From NCBI GenBank assembly GCA_028280345.1, contig JANQLY010000023.1, positions 196,201-260,200 of the forward strand: 64,000 nucleotides of DNA, given 5' to 3'. The DNA is from Pseudomonadales bacterium. GTDB taxonomy: Bacteria > Pseudomonadota > Gammaproteobacteria > Pseudomonadales > UBA7239. Numbering within the stretch: position 1 is the first letter of the stretch; each line of letters begins with the position of its first letter. A model generated the notes under the pieces. It had not been told where the DNA came from. It ran no database searches and saw only the letters and a list, made by a program, of their open reading frames with translations. The position numbers and the translations under genes were made by a program. Of the stretch, positions 44,483 through 54,323 are shown piece after piece.

Positions 44483-44760
44483 TGGACGCTATCTATCTGA
44501 CCTTTATTCTAGTGCTCGCAATCTTTCTCGGTTTTGAGTTGATTTCCAAGGTGCCCGCTACCTTGCACACCCCGCTGATGTCTGGCTCCAATGCGATCTC
44601 CGGCATCACTCTGGTCGGCGCCATTGTCTCTGCCCAAAGTGGCAGCGATCAGATGGCCCTTTATCTCGGCACTGCTGCGGTAACCCTCGCCACGATTAAC
44701 GTGGTCGGTGGTTATCTGGTAACCGATCGCATGCTCGGCATGTTTAAGAAGAAAGACTAG
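44482..44760 (+). CDS. pntAB: NAD(P) transhydrogenase subunit alpha, part 2 (membrane)
   Basis: 92-aa three-TM protein between pntAA and pntB. Confidence 0.8.
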   Translation: MDAIYLTFILVLAIFLGFELISKVPATLHTPLMSGSNAISGITLVGAIVSAQSGSDQMALYLGTAAVTLATINVVGGYLVTDRMLGMFKKKD

Positions 44761-44773
44761 GGGGTAGCAAATA

Positions 44774-46174
44774 ATGGATACAGCATTGTTAATTAATCTG
44801 GCCTATATAGTCTCGGCAATTTTATTTGTCCTGGGCCTGAAGAGACTGGGTTCTCCCGCTACCGCTCGCAGCGGTAACCTGATGTCTGCTACCGGTATGC
44901 TTATCGCGGTAGTCGTAACCCTGATGGAACAAGCCAAATTGCCATGGGAATATATTATTACCGGTATGGTACTTGGCGGCCTGATCGGTGCGAGTGCTGC
45001 ACGCCTCGTACAAATGACTTCCATGCCGGAAATGGTTGCCCTGTTTAATGGCTTCGGTGGCGCTGCGTCGCTGCTCGTAGGCTGGACAGCGCTCTACCCT
45101 GCACCTGGCGCAAGCGGTTTGCTTGCTACGGTTCAAGGCATCTCTACCTTCACAGCAATTACTATCGTGCTGTCGATTCTGATTGGTGGCGTCACATTGA
45201 CCGGCTCACTGATTGCCTACGGAAAGCTGTCAGAAAAAATGAGTAGCGCCGCGATTCAGTTTACTGGCCAACAAGTGGTTAACGCAGCCATCGTACTTGG
45301 CATTCTCGCGTCTGCGGTGATGCTCGTACAAAATCCAGGCTTCGACAGCCCGTGGTTCTATGCGGTACTCGGTCTGTCGCTGCTGTTTGGCATTATGGTC
45401 GTGATTCCGATTGGCGGTGCCGATATGCCCGTCGTTATCGCCCTGCTTAACAGCTACTCAGGTCTCGCAGCCTGTGCCGCAGGTTTTGTACTCAACAACA
45501 ACCTGCTGATTGTTTCGGGCTCTCTGGTTGGTGCCAGCGGTATTATTCTCACCAACATTATGTGTAAAGCGATGAACCGCTCCCTGAGCAATGTACTGTT
45601 CAGCGGTTTTGGCGCAGCGAAAAAATCCACCACCAAAGTGGAAGGCGAACCCAAACCGATTACTGCCGAAGATGCCTACTATATACTCGAGGCTGCCCAG
45701 CGTGTCTGTATTGTTCCAGGTTACGGTATGGCCGTTGCCCAGGCACAGCACGTAGTAAAAGAACTTATGGATAATCTTGAAGCCAATGGCTGCGAAGTTT
45801 CTTTTGCGATTCACCCGGTTGCCGGCCGCATGCCCGGCCACATGAACGTACTGCTTGCTGAAGCCAATGTACCCTACGATCAGCTGATCGAAATGGATGA
45901 CATTAATCCGCAAATGAGCAATATGGATGTGGCGATTGTTATCGGCGCAAACGATGTCGTCAACCCTGCGGCTAACGAAGACGAAGGCAGCCCTCTCTAC
46001 GGCATGCCGGTTATTAACGTCAATGAAGCACGTACCGTGTTTGTTCTCAAACGTTCCATGAAGGCCGGTTATGCCGGTGTAGATAACCCGCTGTTTGTGG
46101 GCGAGAACACACGCATGCTGTTTGGCGATGCGAAGGAATCTATCTCAACAGTTGTCGGGGAATTCTCCGATTAA
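44774..46174 (+). CDS. pntB: NAD(P) transhydrogenase subunit beta
   Basis: 466 aa: membrane N-terminal domain plus C-terminal NADP(H)-binding domain. Confidence 0.85.
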   Translation: MDTALLINLAYIVSAILFVLGLKRLGSPATARSGNLMSATGMLIAVVVTLMEQAKLPWEYIITGMVLGGLIGASAARLVQMTSMPEMVALFNGFGGAASLLVGWTALYPAPGASGLLATVQGISTFTAITIVLSILIGGVTLTGSLIAYGKLSEKMSSAAIQFTGQQVVNAAIVLGILASAVMLVQNPGFDSPWFYAVLGLSLLFGIMVVIPIGGADMPVVIALLNSYSGLAACAAGFVLNNNLLIVSGSLVGASGIILTNIMCKAMNRSLSNVLFSGFGAAKKSTTKVEGEPKPITAEDAYYILEAAQRVCIVPGYGMAVAQAQHVVKELMDNLEANGCEVSFAIHPVAGRMPGHMNVLLAEANVPYDQLIEMDDINPQMSNMDVAIVIGANDVVNPAANEDEGSPLYGMPVINVNEARTVFVLKRSMKAGYAGVDNPLFVGENTRMLFGDAKESISTVVGEFSD

Positions 46175-46193
46175 TTATCTGTATCACACAAGC

Positions 46194-46234
46194 ACAAAAA
46201 AAGGGGCAACAGTTGTTGCCCCTTTTTTATTACC
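46194..46234. terminator. bidirectional rho-independent terminator
   Basis: aaaaaaaaggggcaacagttgttgccccttttttat between convergent pntB and the hydrolase gene. Confidence 0.6.
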
Positions 46235-46258
46235 TGTGACTTATTTTACTGTTGCCAG

Positions 46259-47425
46259 TTAACCGTCATAATCCCCTGCATCCACAGTAACCCGGCTATT
46301 TTCTTCTGATAGTGTTGTTAATAAGAACTCCCGGCGCTGCTGCCGAATCTGCTCGTCGGAATTAAACAGACTTTCAAAGAAACTGAATACAGCGAGGGTT
46401 GTAAGCATTTGCTGCTGTGCGGGGCGCATGGCTTCGGGCAAAGCATCCTGAGCACATCGCCCGGTACGCTGTGCTGCTACAACGCCGTACTCTTCATCTT
46501 CAATATCCGCATAAAAACTTTTATCCGGTGTCGTTGTCTCTGCAAGGTTTTTACGCAAGCTGCGACAACCTACACTGTCAGGGTTCTTGAGCCATTTAAA
46601 GATATAAGCGGAAATGCCTGCAAAACCGGTATGACTCCCGCCTTTCAGTGTCACCAGCACACGGTCAGGGTCGCGCTCCTTTACCAGCAAGGCGTTGTTC
46701 TCATAATCCACCATCGCATCAATATCGGCAGCAACCATCATAAACGGCACATCCGCATAACTGAAAAAAGTATCGGTAAACATACGCGCCGGACCTGCAA
46801 TCGACACCGCTGCTCTGATACGTTCGTCGCGCAGACGACCATCAAAGGTCACCAGTTCTGTTGTCATACCACCGAGCGATAAACCCAGCGCACCGATACT
46901 CTGCTCATCAACCTGGCCGAAGAGACTGTCATCCGGATCGTTGTTTCTCTTCAGCACCGCATCAATAATAAATCTTACATCACCTGGCTGGTTAACCACA
47001 TCACCTGGGTAGGGGCCTCCCGGTGCAAAATAATTTGTAGAGGGAAAATCTGCGAGTACGACAATATAACCATGACTTGCAAGAAAGCGGGCAAGATAGG
47101 TCCCTTCATCATGGAAAGACATAAACCCGTGGCTATAGACAAGAAACGGGTAACCCGAGCCCTGTGCGGTTTCGGCAGGTCGCCATAACTTGCCCTCGAG
47201 CACGCGCTTGTCACTACCCTGAAATGACTGAAATGCTGCTGTCGCGCGACTACTGTCGACAGCTTTAAACGGCTCACTGACAACACCGTAGTTACCCTCG
47301 GTAAACAGTGCGCGACTTTCCACCCCCGTAGGCACTGCCTTGGCGGGTAGCAATACCACGACCAATCCGCACACCAACATGAAGATGACCCCCAGACCCC
47401 AGACAGCGGATTTAGTCATATTCAT
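46259..47425 (-). CDS. secreted alpha/beta-hydrolase (PAF-acetylhydrolase/chlorophyllase-like lipase/esterase)
   Basis: Signal peptide. Nucleophile elbow GLSLGG. YSHGF motif. 388 aa. Confidence 0.6.
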   Translation of the reverse strand: MNMTKSAVWGLGVIFMLVCGLVVVLLPAKAVPTGVESRALFTEGNYGVVSEPFKAVDSSRATAAFQSFQGSDKRVLEGKLWRPAETAQGSGYPFLVYSHGFMSFHDEGTYLARFLASHGYIVVLADFPSTNYFAPGGPYPGDVVNQPGDVRFIIDAVLKRNNDPDDSLFGQVDEQSIGALGLSLGGMTTELVTFDGRLRDERIRAAVSIAGPARMFTDTFFSYADVPFMMVAADIDAMVDYENNALLVKERDPDRVLVTLKGGSHTGFAGISAYIFKWLKNPDSVGCRSLRKNLAETTTPDKSFYADIEDEEYGVVAAQRTGRCAQDALPEAMRPAQQQMLTTLAVFSFFESLFNSDEQIRQQRREFLLTTLSEENSRVTVDAGDYDG

Positions 47426-47591
47426 CCCGCTTTTAACCCTCGTTTGTAATTCTTTCTAATAGCTATAAATTAATTGGCGCGAATCTTAACAGAGGCTACC
47501 GCAAAGCGGTAATCTTTCTTTGTTAGATCAAATTCAGAACTCAAATTAAACCCTTTAAAAACAAAGACTTGGAAAGCCTTGCATAACCTTC

Positions 47592-47625
47592 GGTAATTTA
47601 CATTGCATTTGCAATGTAAATTACC
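47592..47625. promoter_or_regulatory. perfect 16-bp-arm palindrome, candidate operator upstream of the P450 gene
   Basis: ggtaatttacattgca tt tgcaatgtaaattacc, ~40 bp upstream of the P450 start. Confidence 0.4.
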
Positions 47626-47663
47626 TAGCATAGCCCCCAATATTCAATTGATGGTTACCAGAG

Positions 47664-48884
47664 GTGAACGTTATGAGTCAGACAGACCTTGAGCTAAACC
47701 CCTACTCCCACGACTTTCACAACAATCCCTACCCCACCTATCAGCGCCTGCGCGATGAGCAGCCTGCCTATTACAATGACAAACTCAACTTCTGGGCACT
47801 GTCACGCCACGCCGATGTACAGGCTGCATTCAAGGACTGGAAAACCTTCTCAAACAAGGAAGGGGTCGCGCTTGAGGCCCAGAAAGAGAGTGTTGCCAAG
47901 GTCATGTCGATTCTCGGCATGGATCCACCGGATCATAACAAGGTACGAAAAATTCTTATCCATGTGTTTACTGCTCGCGCCATGGACGAAATGGAAGATC
48001 GCGTGCGTGAAATGGCCAAAGACTTTATCGCTAATCTGGCAGACAAAACCCGCGCCGGGGAGCCGATTGACTTCATTGAAGACTTTGCCGGTTTACTGCC
48101 GATGGATGTGATCAGCGATATGATCGGTGTTCCTCCGGCTGACCGCGATATGGTGCGTGACTGGGCCAATACGATGATGGATCGCACCGATGGCAGCGAG
48201 GAAATCCCCCCCCATGCTATAGAAGCTTCCACCAATATTCTGGTTTACTTCACCAAAATGGTGGCTCAACTGCGCGAGGAAGGTCTCAACGAAGATCTTA
48301 CCGCCAAAGTTATGGCCGCCGAAGTGGATGGCGATTCGCTGTCGGATGAAGACGTTGTCTCGTTTCTGTTCTTAATGGTAGTCGCCGGCAACGAAACCAC
48401 CACCAAGCTGCTCGGTAACGCCCTGTATTGGGGGAAAAGGCACCCGGAGCAAATGGCACTGGTCAAGACAGATCCGGGCAAAGTTGTAAACTGGGTAGAA
48501 GAAACCCTGCGCTTCGATAACTCTTCGCAGATTGTTTACCGCACGATTACCTGCGACAAGGAATACCACGGCAAGGTGATTCCGCAAGGTTCCCGAGTCG
48601 CCATGCTGATAGGCTCTGCCAACCGCGATGACCGCGTATTTGATAACCCGGAACACTATGACCTCAACCGCGATTGCAGCGAAACCCTGTCATTCGGAAA
48701 AGGGGTACATTTCTGCCTCGGCGCACGCCTCGCCCGGCTGGAGGGGCGTGTTTGCCTGGAGGAATTTCTCAAGGTCTTTAGTGACTGGGATTACAGCGAA
48801 GACGATCTCGTGCGCATTCACAATTCCAATGTGCGCGGCTTCCTCAATATGCCGATTGCCCTCACACTTAAGGATGGAAATTAG
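47664..48884 (+). CDS. cytochrome P450
   Basis: Heme-ligand motif FGKGVHFCLGARLA. I-helix AGNETT. ETLR (K-helix). 406 aa. Confidence 0.85.
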   Translation: MNVMSQTDLELNPYSHDFHNNPYPTYQRLRDEQPAYYNDKLNFWALSRHADVQAAFKDWKTFSNKEGVALEAQKESVAKVMSILGMDPPDHNKVRKILIHVFTARAMDEMEDRVREMAKDFIANLADKTRAGEPIDFIEDFAGLLPMDVISDMIGVPPADRDMVRDWANTMMDRTDGSEEIPPHAIEASTNILVYFTKMVAQLREEGLNEDLTAKVMAAEVDGDSLSDEDVVSFLFLMVVAGNETTTKLLGNALYWGKRHPEQMALVKTDPGKVVNWVEETLRFDNSSQIVYRTITCDKEYHGKVIPQGSRVAMLIGSANRDDRVFDNPEHYDLNRDCSETLSFGKGVHFCLGARLARLEGRVCLEEFLKVFSDWDYSEDDLVRIHNSNVRGFLNMPIALTLKDGN

Positions 48885-49073
48885 AAACGGGTTTCAGCAA
48901 GGCTCCGCCTCGCCTTGTTGAAAGCCCTGCTATTTCACGCTTCACCGCTTGAGATAATCTGACTTTGGGTTGATAATGCCTTGTATATGGCTTGCACAAA
49001 TGCACAGTCAGGCCCTTATGGACAAATGGCTTAACGAACTTTTATATAACAAGGTATCGAGACTAGTAGAGAA

Positions 49074-50018
49074 ATGAAACGTTGGGACGGTATTGATGAG
49101 TTTATTGCCGTAGTAGAAACCGGGAGTTTCTCCAAAGCCGGAGCAAGCCTTGGTGTCGGTGTATCCCAGATCAGCAAACGTATCAGCCAGCTTGAGAGTC
49201 GCCTCGGCACGCGACTGCTGAACCGTTCAACGCGCACCATGCGTCTGTCGAATCACGGCAAGGCCTACTATGACGCCTGTAAAAAGATCGTTGAAGAGAT
49301 GAACCGGGTTGAAGATCTGATTCAGGAAAACGAAGGGCAAGTTTCCGGCAATCTCAAACTATGCTGTGTCGGCGGTTCTCGCTCCTCTTTCCAGACCAAT
49401 ATTTTAAGTGGCTTTAGCAAGCGCTACCCCACTATTACGCTTGAAACCGAATTTCTCGACGAGTTACCCAACCTGATCGAAAAAGGTATCGACATATCAC
49501 TGGTTACCGGCGAAGTTTCCAACCCTGCCTATTTCTCAATGCGCATCGCCTGGACCGATTACCGCTTCTGTGCCTCTCAGGCTTTTATTGATGAACACGG
49601 TATGCCGCAGCACCCGGAAGAGCTTAAGGACTATATGTGTATTCGCGATAGCAACGATAGCTGGACCGTATGCCATCAGGATGGAGAGCTGGTCAATGTG
49701 GAGGTCTCTGGCAACTGGAAGAGCCCCAATCTGCAGGCCTGCATTAACGCCTGCATTGATGGTCTCGGTATCTTTATGATCCCGGCGTTTTCCGCTCGCG
49801 GAATATTCGCCGACCAACGGCTTGTGCCTTTGCTAACGGAATGGCGCCTGCGTAAACCACTCCACCTCGTATTACCACAGCAAGGTTATCTGTCAAACAA
49901 TGCACAACTATTCCGCGACTATCTCGTCGACGGTACCTTGCAAACGGCTGATGGCGCTGTGTCCGGTGTTATTCCAGCTATCACAGAAGAACAGCTCAGT
50001 CTCATCAGCAAGATGTAG
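49074..50018 (+). CDS. LysR-family transcriptional regulator
   Basis: N-terminal HTH (FIAVVETGSFSKAGASLGVGVSQISKRISQLE) plus LysR substrate-binding domain. 314 aa. Confidence 0.8.
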   Translation: MKRWDGIDEFIAVVETGSFSKAGASLGVGVSQISKRISQLESRLGTRLLNRSTRTMRLSNHGKAYYDACKKIVEEMNRVEDLIQENEGQVSGNLKLCCVGGSRSSFQTNILSGFSKRYPTITLETEFLDELPNLIEKGIDISLVTGEVSNPAYFSMRIAWTDYRFCASQAFIDEHGMPQHPEELKDYMCIRDSNDSWTVCHQDGELVNVEVSGNWKSPNLQACINACIDGLGIFMIPAFSARGIFADQRLVPLLTEWRLRKPLHLVLPQQGYLSNNAQLFRDYLVDGTLQTADGAVSGVIPAITEEQLSLISKM

Positions 50019-50037
50019 CCCCATCTTCCATCCAGGG

Positions 50038-52221
50038 CTAATCAATTTCCCTGTCCTGCAATAATGGTTCGGTGTAGGTACATTCCGGGTAACCTGAACA
50101 TCCGGCAAACACACCCCGCTTGCCTTTGCGTTTAACGAGCGGCCGATGACACTCAGGGCAATTCTTGCCCACCTGCTGTGCCTGTTTGCGCTGTTTCTTC
50201 GCACCACCATCCCTGGCGTTAAAATCCGGCTTGCCATTTTTGTCCGGCACGGTAGTGCGACATTCAGGGTAGCGACTGCAGCCCCAGAACTTACCGTTTT
50301 TACCTTTGCGCTGCACCATCACGGCTGAACAGGTTGGGCAATTATGTTTTTCAGTTTTATTCAAACCCAGCACATCATCAGCCGTGGTGATCACCACCAT
50401 CTTCTGCGCCCTTGCCTGGTCAATCAAATCGCGCACCTGGTGCTCAAGATCATGTATAAAACGATTATAGGGATACTCACCTTCAGCCATTTGCGCCAGC
50501 GTAGACTCCCACAGTGCCGTCATGTCCGGGCGCGCCGCCATTTCCGGCAAGGCATGTATCAAATCGCGTCCGATCTGCGTAGACATAATCGTTTTGCGTC
50601 CTTTCAATAAATAACCACGTTTAAATAACAAATCGATAATCATCGCACGCGTCGCTTCTGTACCAAGTCCATCTGTTTCACGCAATGTTCTTTTAATTTC
50701 CGGATCATCGACAAAACGTGCAATACCGGTCATCGCTGCCATCAGTGTTGCATCGGTGAAGCGCTGCGGTGGACGAGTTTTCTTTTCACGCACCAGAGCA
50801 TTGGTACACAATGCCCTGTCAGATAATTTCCACGGCGCCAGTTGTTCCGCCTTGTCTTCATCCTCCTGCAACAGCACCAGTTTCCAACCCGGGTGGTCGA
50901 TATGTTTGCCCTTGACCACAAAGCGCTCACCAGCAACCTCAAAGAAAACGGATGTGCGCGTAAAACGATGATCTGTGTAGAACTGGGCAAGATAGCGCCT
51001 CGCAATCAAACCATAAACGGAAAGCTCCTCTTCACTTAAAGCACCGCTATCACCGTGGCGCAAGGTAGGCACAATCGCATGGTGAGCGGTCACTTTTTTA
51101 TTATTCCAGGCCCGGTTCTTCTGCCAGCTATCTGCCTGTCTGACAAGTTCCAAAAGGGAATCATCGGTTGCCACCATAGCATCGAGCACATCATTAGCCT
51201 GCTCAAAATGATCTTCGGGTAAATAACGGCAATCGGAACGCGGATAGGTAATTAACTGGTGTTTTTCATACAAGGTCTGACAAATATCAAGCACTTCCCT
51301 CGCGGAATAACCAAAGATATTGGCGCAATCAATTTGCAAGCTCGAAAGATTATAAGGTAGCGGCGCCGGCTCCGACTCTTCCTTGTCAATACGATCCACC
51401 ACCTGCGCAGGCTGACCGTCCACCGCCTGGGCAACCGCTTCACAGATAGCACGATTGTGTACACGACCCTCCTCATCCAGCGATTCTGTATCAGGCCCGG
51501 GCAACCACAATGCATCACTACGCAATGTTTCATTATCCGTACCGGTAAACGTAGCGGTTAAATCAAAATACACCTGAGGAGTAAAGTTCTCAATTTCTTC
51601 ATCGCGCTTGACCACAAGACCAAGCACCGGCGTTTGCACCCGACCCACCGACAACACACCACTATCATAACCGGCACGCTGGCCGAGCAAAGTATAAGCC
51701 CGGGTCATATTCATACCATAAAGCCAGTCAGCACGACTGCGCGCCAAAGCCGAAGTAGAAAGGTGCCGAAAGTCGTGATTATCCTGGAGTTTATTGAGTG
51801 CTTTCTTTACTGCAACGACATTCAGGTCATTAATCAATAAACGTTGCACAGGCAAACGGTTGTCAAGAAAGTGCAGCACTTCATCAACCAGTAGTTGTCC
51901 TTCGCGGTCCGGGTCACCGGCGTGAATCACCTCATCAGCCTCTTTAAGAAACTGACGAATCAGCTTAAGTTGGTCGCGAGTGCGGCTGCGCTGCACCACT
52001 TGCCACTTTTCAGGAATGATCGGTAAGTTTTCCATGCGCCACTGTTTGTGAGCCGGGTCATAATCTTCCGGCTCAGCCTGATCGAGCAAGTGGCCCACAC
52101 ACCAGGTCACAACATCGCCACTCCCCAGGCGGTAAAAGCCCTTTTCGCGATGGTGGGGTTTCGGCAGAGCGGCAACGATGGCCCTGCCCAAAGAAGGTTT
52201 TTCAGCAATATACAGTTTCAT
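50038..52221 (-). CDS. topB: DNA topoisomerase III with C-terminal zinc ribbons
   Basis: TOPRIM N-terminus MKLYIAEKPS. Type IA core. Two C-terminal C4 zinc ribbons (CPTC...C..C). 727 aa. Confidence 0.85.
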   Translation of the reverse strand: MKLYIAEKPSLGRAIVAALPKPHHREKGFYRLGSGDVVTWCVGHLLDQAEPEDYDPAHKQWRMENLPIIPEKWQVVQRSRTRDQLKLIRQFLKEADEVIHAGDPDREGQLLVDEVLHFLDNRLPVQRLLINDLNVVAVKKALNKLQDNHDFRHLSTSALARSRADWLYGMNMTRAYTLLGQRAGYDSGVLSVGRVQTPVLGLVVKRDEEIENFTPQVYFDLTATFTGTDNETLRSDALWLPGPDTESLDEEGRVHNRAICEAVAQAVDGQPAQVVDRIDKEESEPAPLPYNLSSLQIDCANIFGYSAREVLDICQTLYEKHQLITYPRSDCRYLPEDHFEQANDVLDAMVATDDSLLELVRQADSWQKNRAWNNKKVTAHHAIVPTLRHGDSGALSEEELSVYGLIARRYLAQFYTDHRFTRTSVFFEVAGERFVVKGKHIDHPGWKLVLLQEDEDKAEQLAPWKLSDRALCTNALVREKKTRPPQRFTDATLMAAMTGIARFVDDPEIKRTLRETDGLGTEATRAMIIDLLFKRGYLLKGRKTIMSTQIGRDLIHALPEMAARPDMTALWESTLAQMAEGEYPYNRFIHDLEHQVRDLIDQARAQKMVVITTADDVLGLNKTEKHNCPTCSAVMVQRKGKNGKFWGCSRYPECRTTVPDKNGKPDFNARDGGAKKQRKQAQQVGKNCPECHRPLVKRKGKRGVFAGCSGYPECTYTEPLLQDREID

Positions 52222-52292
52222 TATTTATCATCCAGCGTCCGTGCTTGCAAAGATGCTACCCCATCCTGGAGCGCACTGCCAGTCACAGCAAA

Positions 52293-52613
52293 TTAACCCG
52301 CTTTATCAGCCTTGCTGCCACCCAGACAATCCGGGCTATCAGGCGCGCCCTGCTTCTCCTGCCATTCATCTTGCGTATAGGTATGCAAAGCCAGTGCGTG
52401 GATTTTGCCCATCGAGTCACCAAGCGCGGCATAAACCAGCTGATGCTGCTGCACTGGGCGCTTGCCCGCAAACTGATCTGACACAATGACCGCTTTAAAA
52501 TGCGACTCGGAACCCTCCGGCACCGAGTGCATATAACTCTCATTCACCAGCTCAAGATGAGCCGGACTCAACCCATCGACAATTTTCTGTTTAAGCTCAT
52601 TCTGGATAACCAC
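52293..52613 (-). CDS. BolA/IbaG-family protein
   Basis: 106-aa BolA-like protein (HF...GxSxHF style motif SESHFKAVIVS). Confidence 0.65.
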   Translation of the reverse strand: MVIQNELKQKIVDGLSPAHLELVNESYMHSVPEGSESHFKAVIVSDQFAGKRPVQQHQLVYAALGDSMGKIHALALHTYTQDEWQEKQGAPDSPDCLGGSKADKAG

Positions 52614-52805
52614 AATCTATCCTCACAGACAATCATGAATAAAGAGACACTATTCTACGCTGCCCGGCGTGCCAGCCAAACCCCGAATTAAATGGCCAAA
52701 TCCGGTAAAATCCCATTGACTGAAACCGCTGTGCCCCCTATAGTACGCCACCTTCAACTTCAGCTCTGATTTGGCTCGGATACGAGAAAAATCAATAGCT
52801 TACAT

Positions 52806-53013
52806 GCGCTGGTAGCTTTAGTGCTATCTGACACGAAGTGCCTGCAAGCACTTATACTCTGGAGTACAGTTGGATAGAGCCTCTCGCCTAAAAGTAGAAG
52901 GGCTACGAACCAGAGGGGTGAGCAGAGCGAAGTTGGCAAAGCATCGCTTTGCGCGATGCGAACGACGGAAATCTGTGATTTCCGGCCGGGCCGCGGGGTG
53001 TAACCCCCGACCC
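52806..53013 (+). pseudogene. degenerate, insertion-riddled tRNA-Arg-like copy
   Basis: Begins with the exact 5' 12 nt of the downstream tRNA (gcgctggtagct). Later carries cagttggatagag and ggctacgaaccagagg blocks, interrupted by unrelated inserts. Confidence 0.3.
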
Positions 53014-53037
53014 ATACAAAATCTTGAAAGAATTGAT

Positions 53038-53114
53038 GCGCTGGTAGCTCAGTTGGATAGAGTATCTGGCTACGAACCAGAGGGTCGGGGGTTCGAATCC
53101 TCCCCAGCGCGCCA
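53038..53114 (+). tRNA. tRNA-Arg (anticodon ACG)
   Basis: Cloverleaf: acceptor GCGCTGG/CCAGCGC; D-loop AGTTGGATA; anticodon loop CTACGAA; T-loop GGTTCGAATCC; encoded CCA. Confidence 0.85.
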
Positions 53115-53116
53115 TC

Positions 53117-53155
53117 CAATAAAAAAGCACCCCCTGTGGGTGCTTTTTTATTGGA
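53117..53155. terminator. palindromic bidirectional terminator after the tRNA
   Basis: ccaataaaaaagcaccc cctgt gggtgcttttttattgg. Confidence 0.6.
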
Positions 53156-53470
53156 TGTTGGGTTGGTGCTGATTGGAGGCAAATCCCCCGGTTCGACAAA
53201 TTTGCAGGAGCAAATTTGGGCGTCAGCTTTGCTGACGGGTCGAAGACCCGAGGGGCATGGATGCCCCGAGTCAATCCTCCCCCTTTCCAGCACAATTAAA
53301 CTATCCCCCCTGTGGGTGCTTTTTTATTGGATGTTGGGTTGGTGTTGATTGGAGGCAATGCCCCCGGGTTCGACTAATTGCGTCAGCAATTTGGACGTCG
53401 CAACGCCGACGCCCCGAAGGGGTGAAAAAACGCCTTAGCGTTTTTGAATCCATCCTCCCCAGCTTAGCCC
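53129..53470 (+). repeat. two tandem ~170-bp units, each with the terminator fragment plus a degenerate tRNA T-arm/3' end
   Basis: The block cctgtgggtgcttttttattggatgttgggttggtg(c/t)tgattggaggcaa is duplicated at ~53131 and ~53306. Each unit ends with gaatcc..cctcccc, like the tRNA-Arg 3' end. Confidence 0.5.
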
Positions 53471-53480
53471 CCTAAACCAC

Positions 53481-54320
53481 TCACAAACCAGAAACAACCT
53501 CAACAAGCTCCAACTCGTAAACCAGAGTTGCTGTTGCGGGTATCTCCCCACCTGTAATACCCGGCAAACCATAAGCCATATTTGCAGGTACAAATAGTTG
53601 CCAGTGAGATCCCTCGCTCATCATCGGTAGCACTTCTTGCCAACCGGGAATCACTTCTTCCATTGCAAAGGTCGATGGAGCTCCTCTTTTATACGAACTA
53701 TCAAATTCCTGAAGTTGATTTTTATCATCAACAAAACTAACGGCATAATGTACACGAATCTTGCTATCAGCATTCGGCTTATTGCCACTCCCCTGCTGCA
53801 CAATCCTGTATTGCACACCACTCGAGATTTGCTGAATACCATCTTTCTCTTTGTTTACCTGTAAAAGCTTTTCGCCAGCTTCCTCGATAGCAGAGTTTTT
53901 AATATTGTGCTTTTCTTGTAGATCGCGTTGCTGTTTCTCATTGTATTCTTGTATGGACAACTTGAGCTGATGCATGGTTCTCTGCAGCTCCATTTCGCTC
54001 ATGCGAAAGACTTTTTTATTTTGTACGTCTTCAATACCCAACAACACAAAATCTTTATCCAGCTGCAAAACTTCTACAGGAACCCCGTTTGCCAAATTAA
54101 TGCCCAATATATAAGAAATCTTCTCTTCCTCTGTCATAGGCGCTCTGTTTATTGCCGCACGAGTTATATCTGTTGATGCGTCTAATGCACCCGCACTCTG
54201 CACTTCAGGCCCTGCACGAGGCACACCTTCTGCCTCCTCTTTACCGCAAGCTGCTGCAAGGAAACATAAGACCAATAGAATGGTGTAACGAATCGCAGAA
54301 CCCAAACACAGTATTTTCAT
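53481..54320 (-). CDS. fkpA: FKBP-type peptidyl-prolyl cis-trans isomerase lipoprotein (FkpA/Mip-like)
   Basis: Lipobox LAAAC. N-terminal dimerisation helix. C-terminal FKBP domain (...GGEIPATATLVYELELVEV). 279 aa. Confidence 0.75.
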   Translation of the reverse strand: MKILCLGSAIRYTILLVLCFLAAACGKEEAEGVPRAGPEVQSAGALDASTDITRAAINRAPMTEEEKISYILGINLANGVPVEVLQLDKDFVLLGIEDVQNKKVFRMSEMELQRTMHQLKLSIQEYNEKQQRDLQEKHNIKNSAIEEAGEKLLQVNKEKDGIQQISSGVQYRIVQQGSGNKPNADSKIRVHYAVSFVDDKNQLQEFDSSYKRGAPSTFAMEEVIPGWQEVLPMMSEGSHWQLFVPANMAYGLPGITGGEIPATATLVYELELVEVVSGL

Positions 54321-54323
54321 CGA

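Noticed and set aside
52760-53295. Minus-strand ORFs of 177/130 aa overlapping the tRNA-Arg locus
   Set aside because: They overlap an intact tRNA and tRNA-derived repeats. No coding signal. Spurious.
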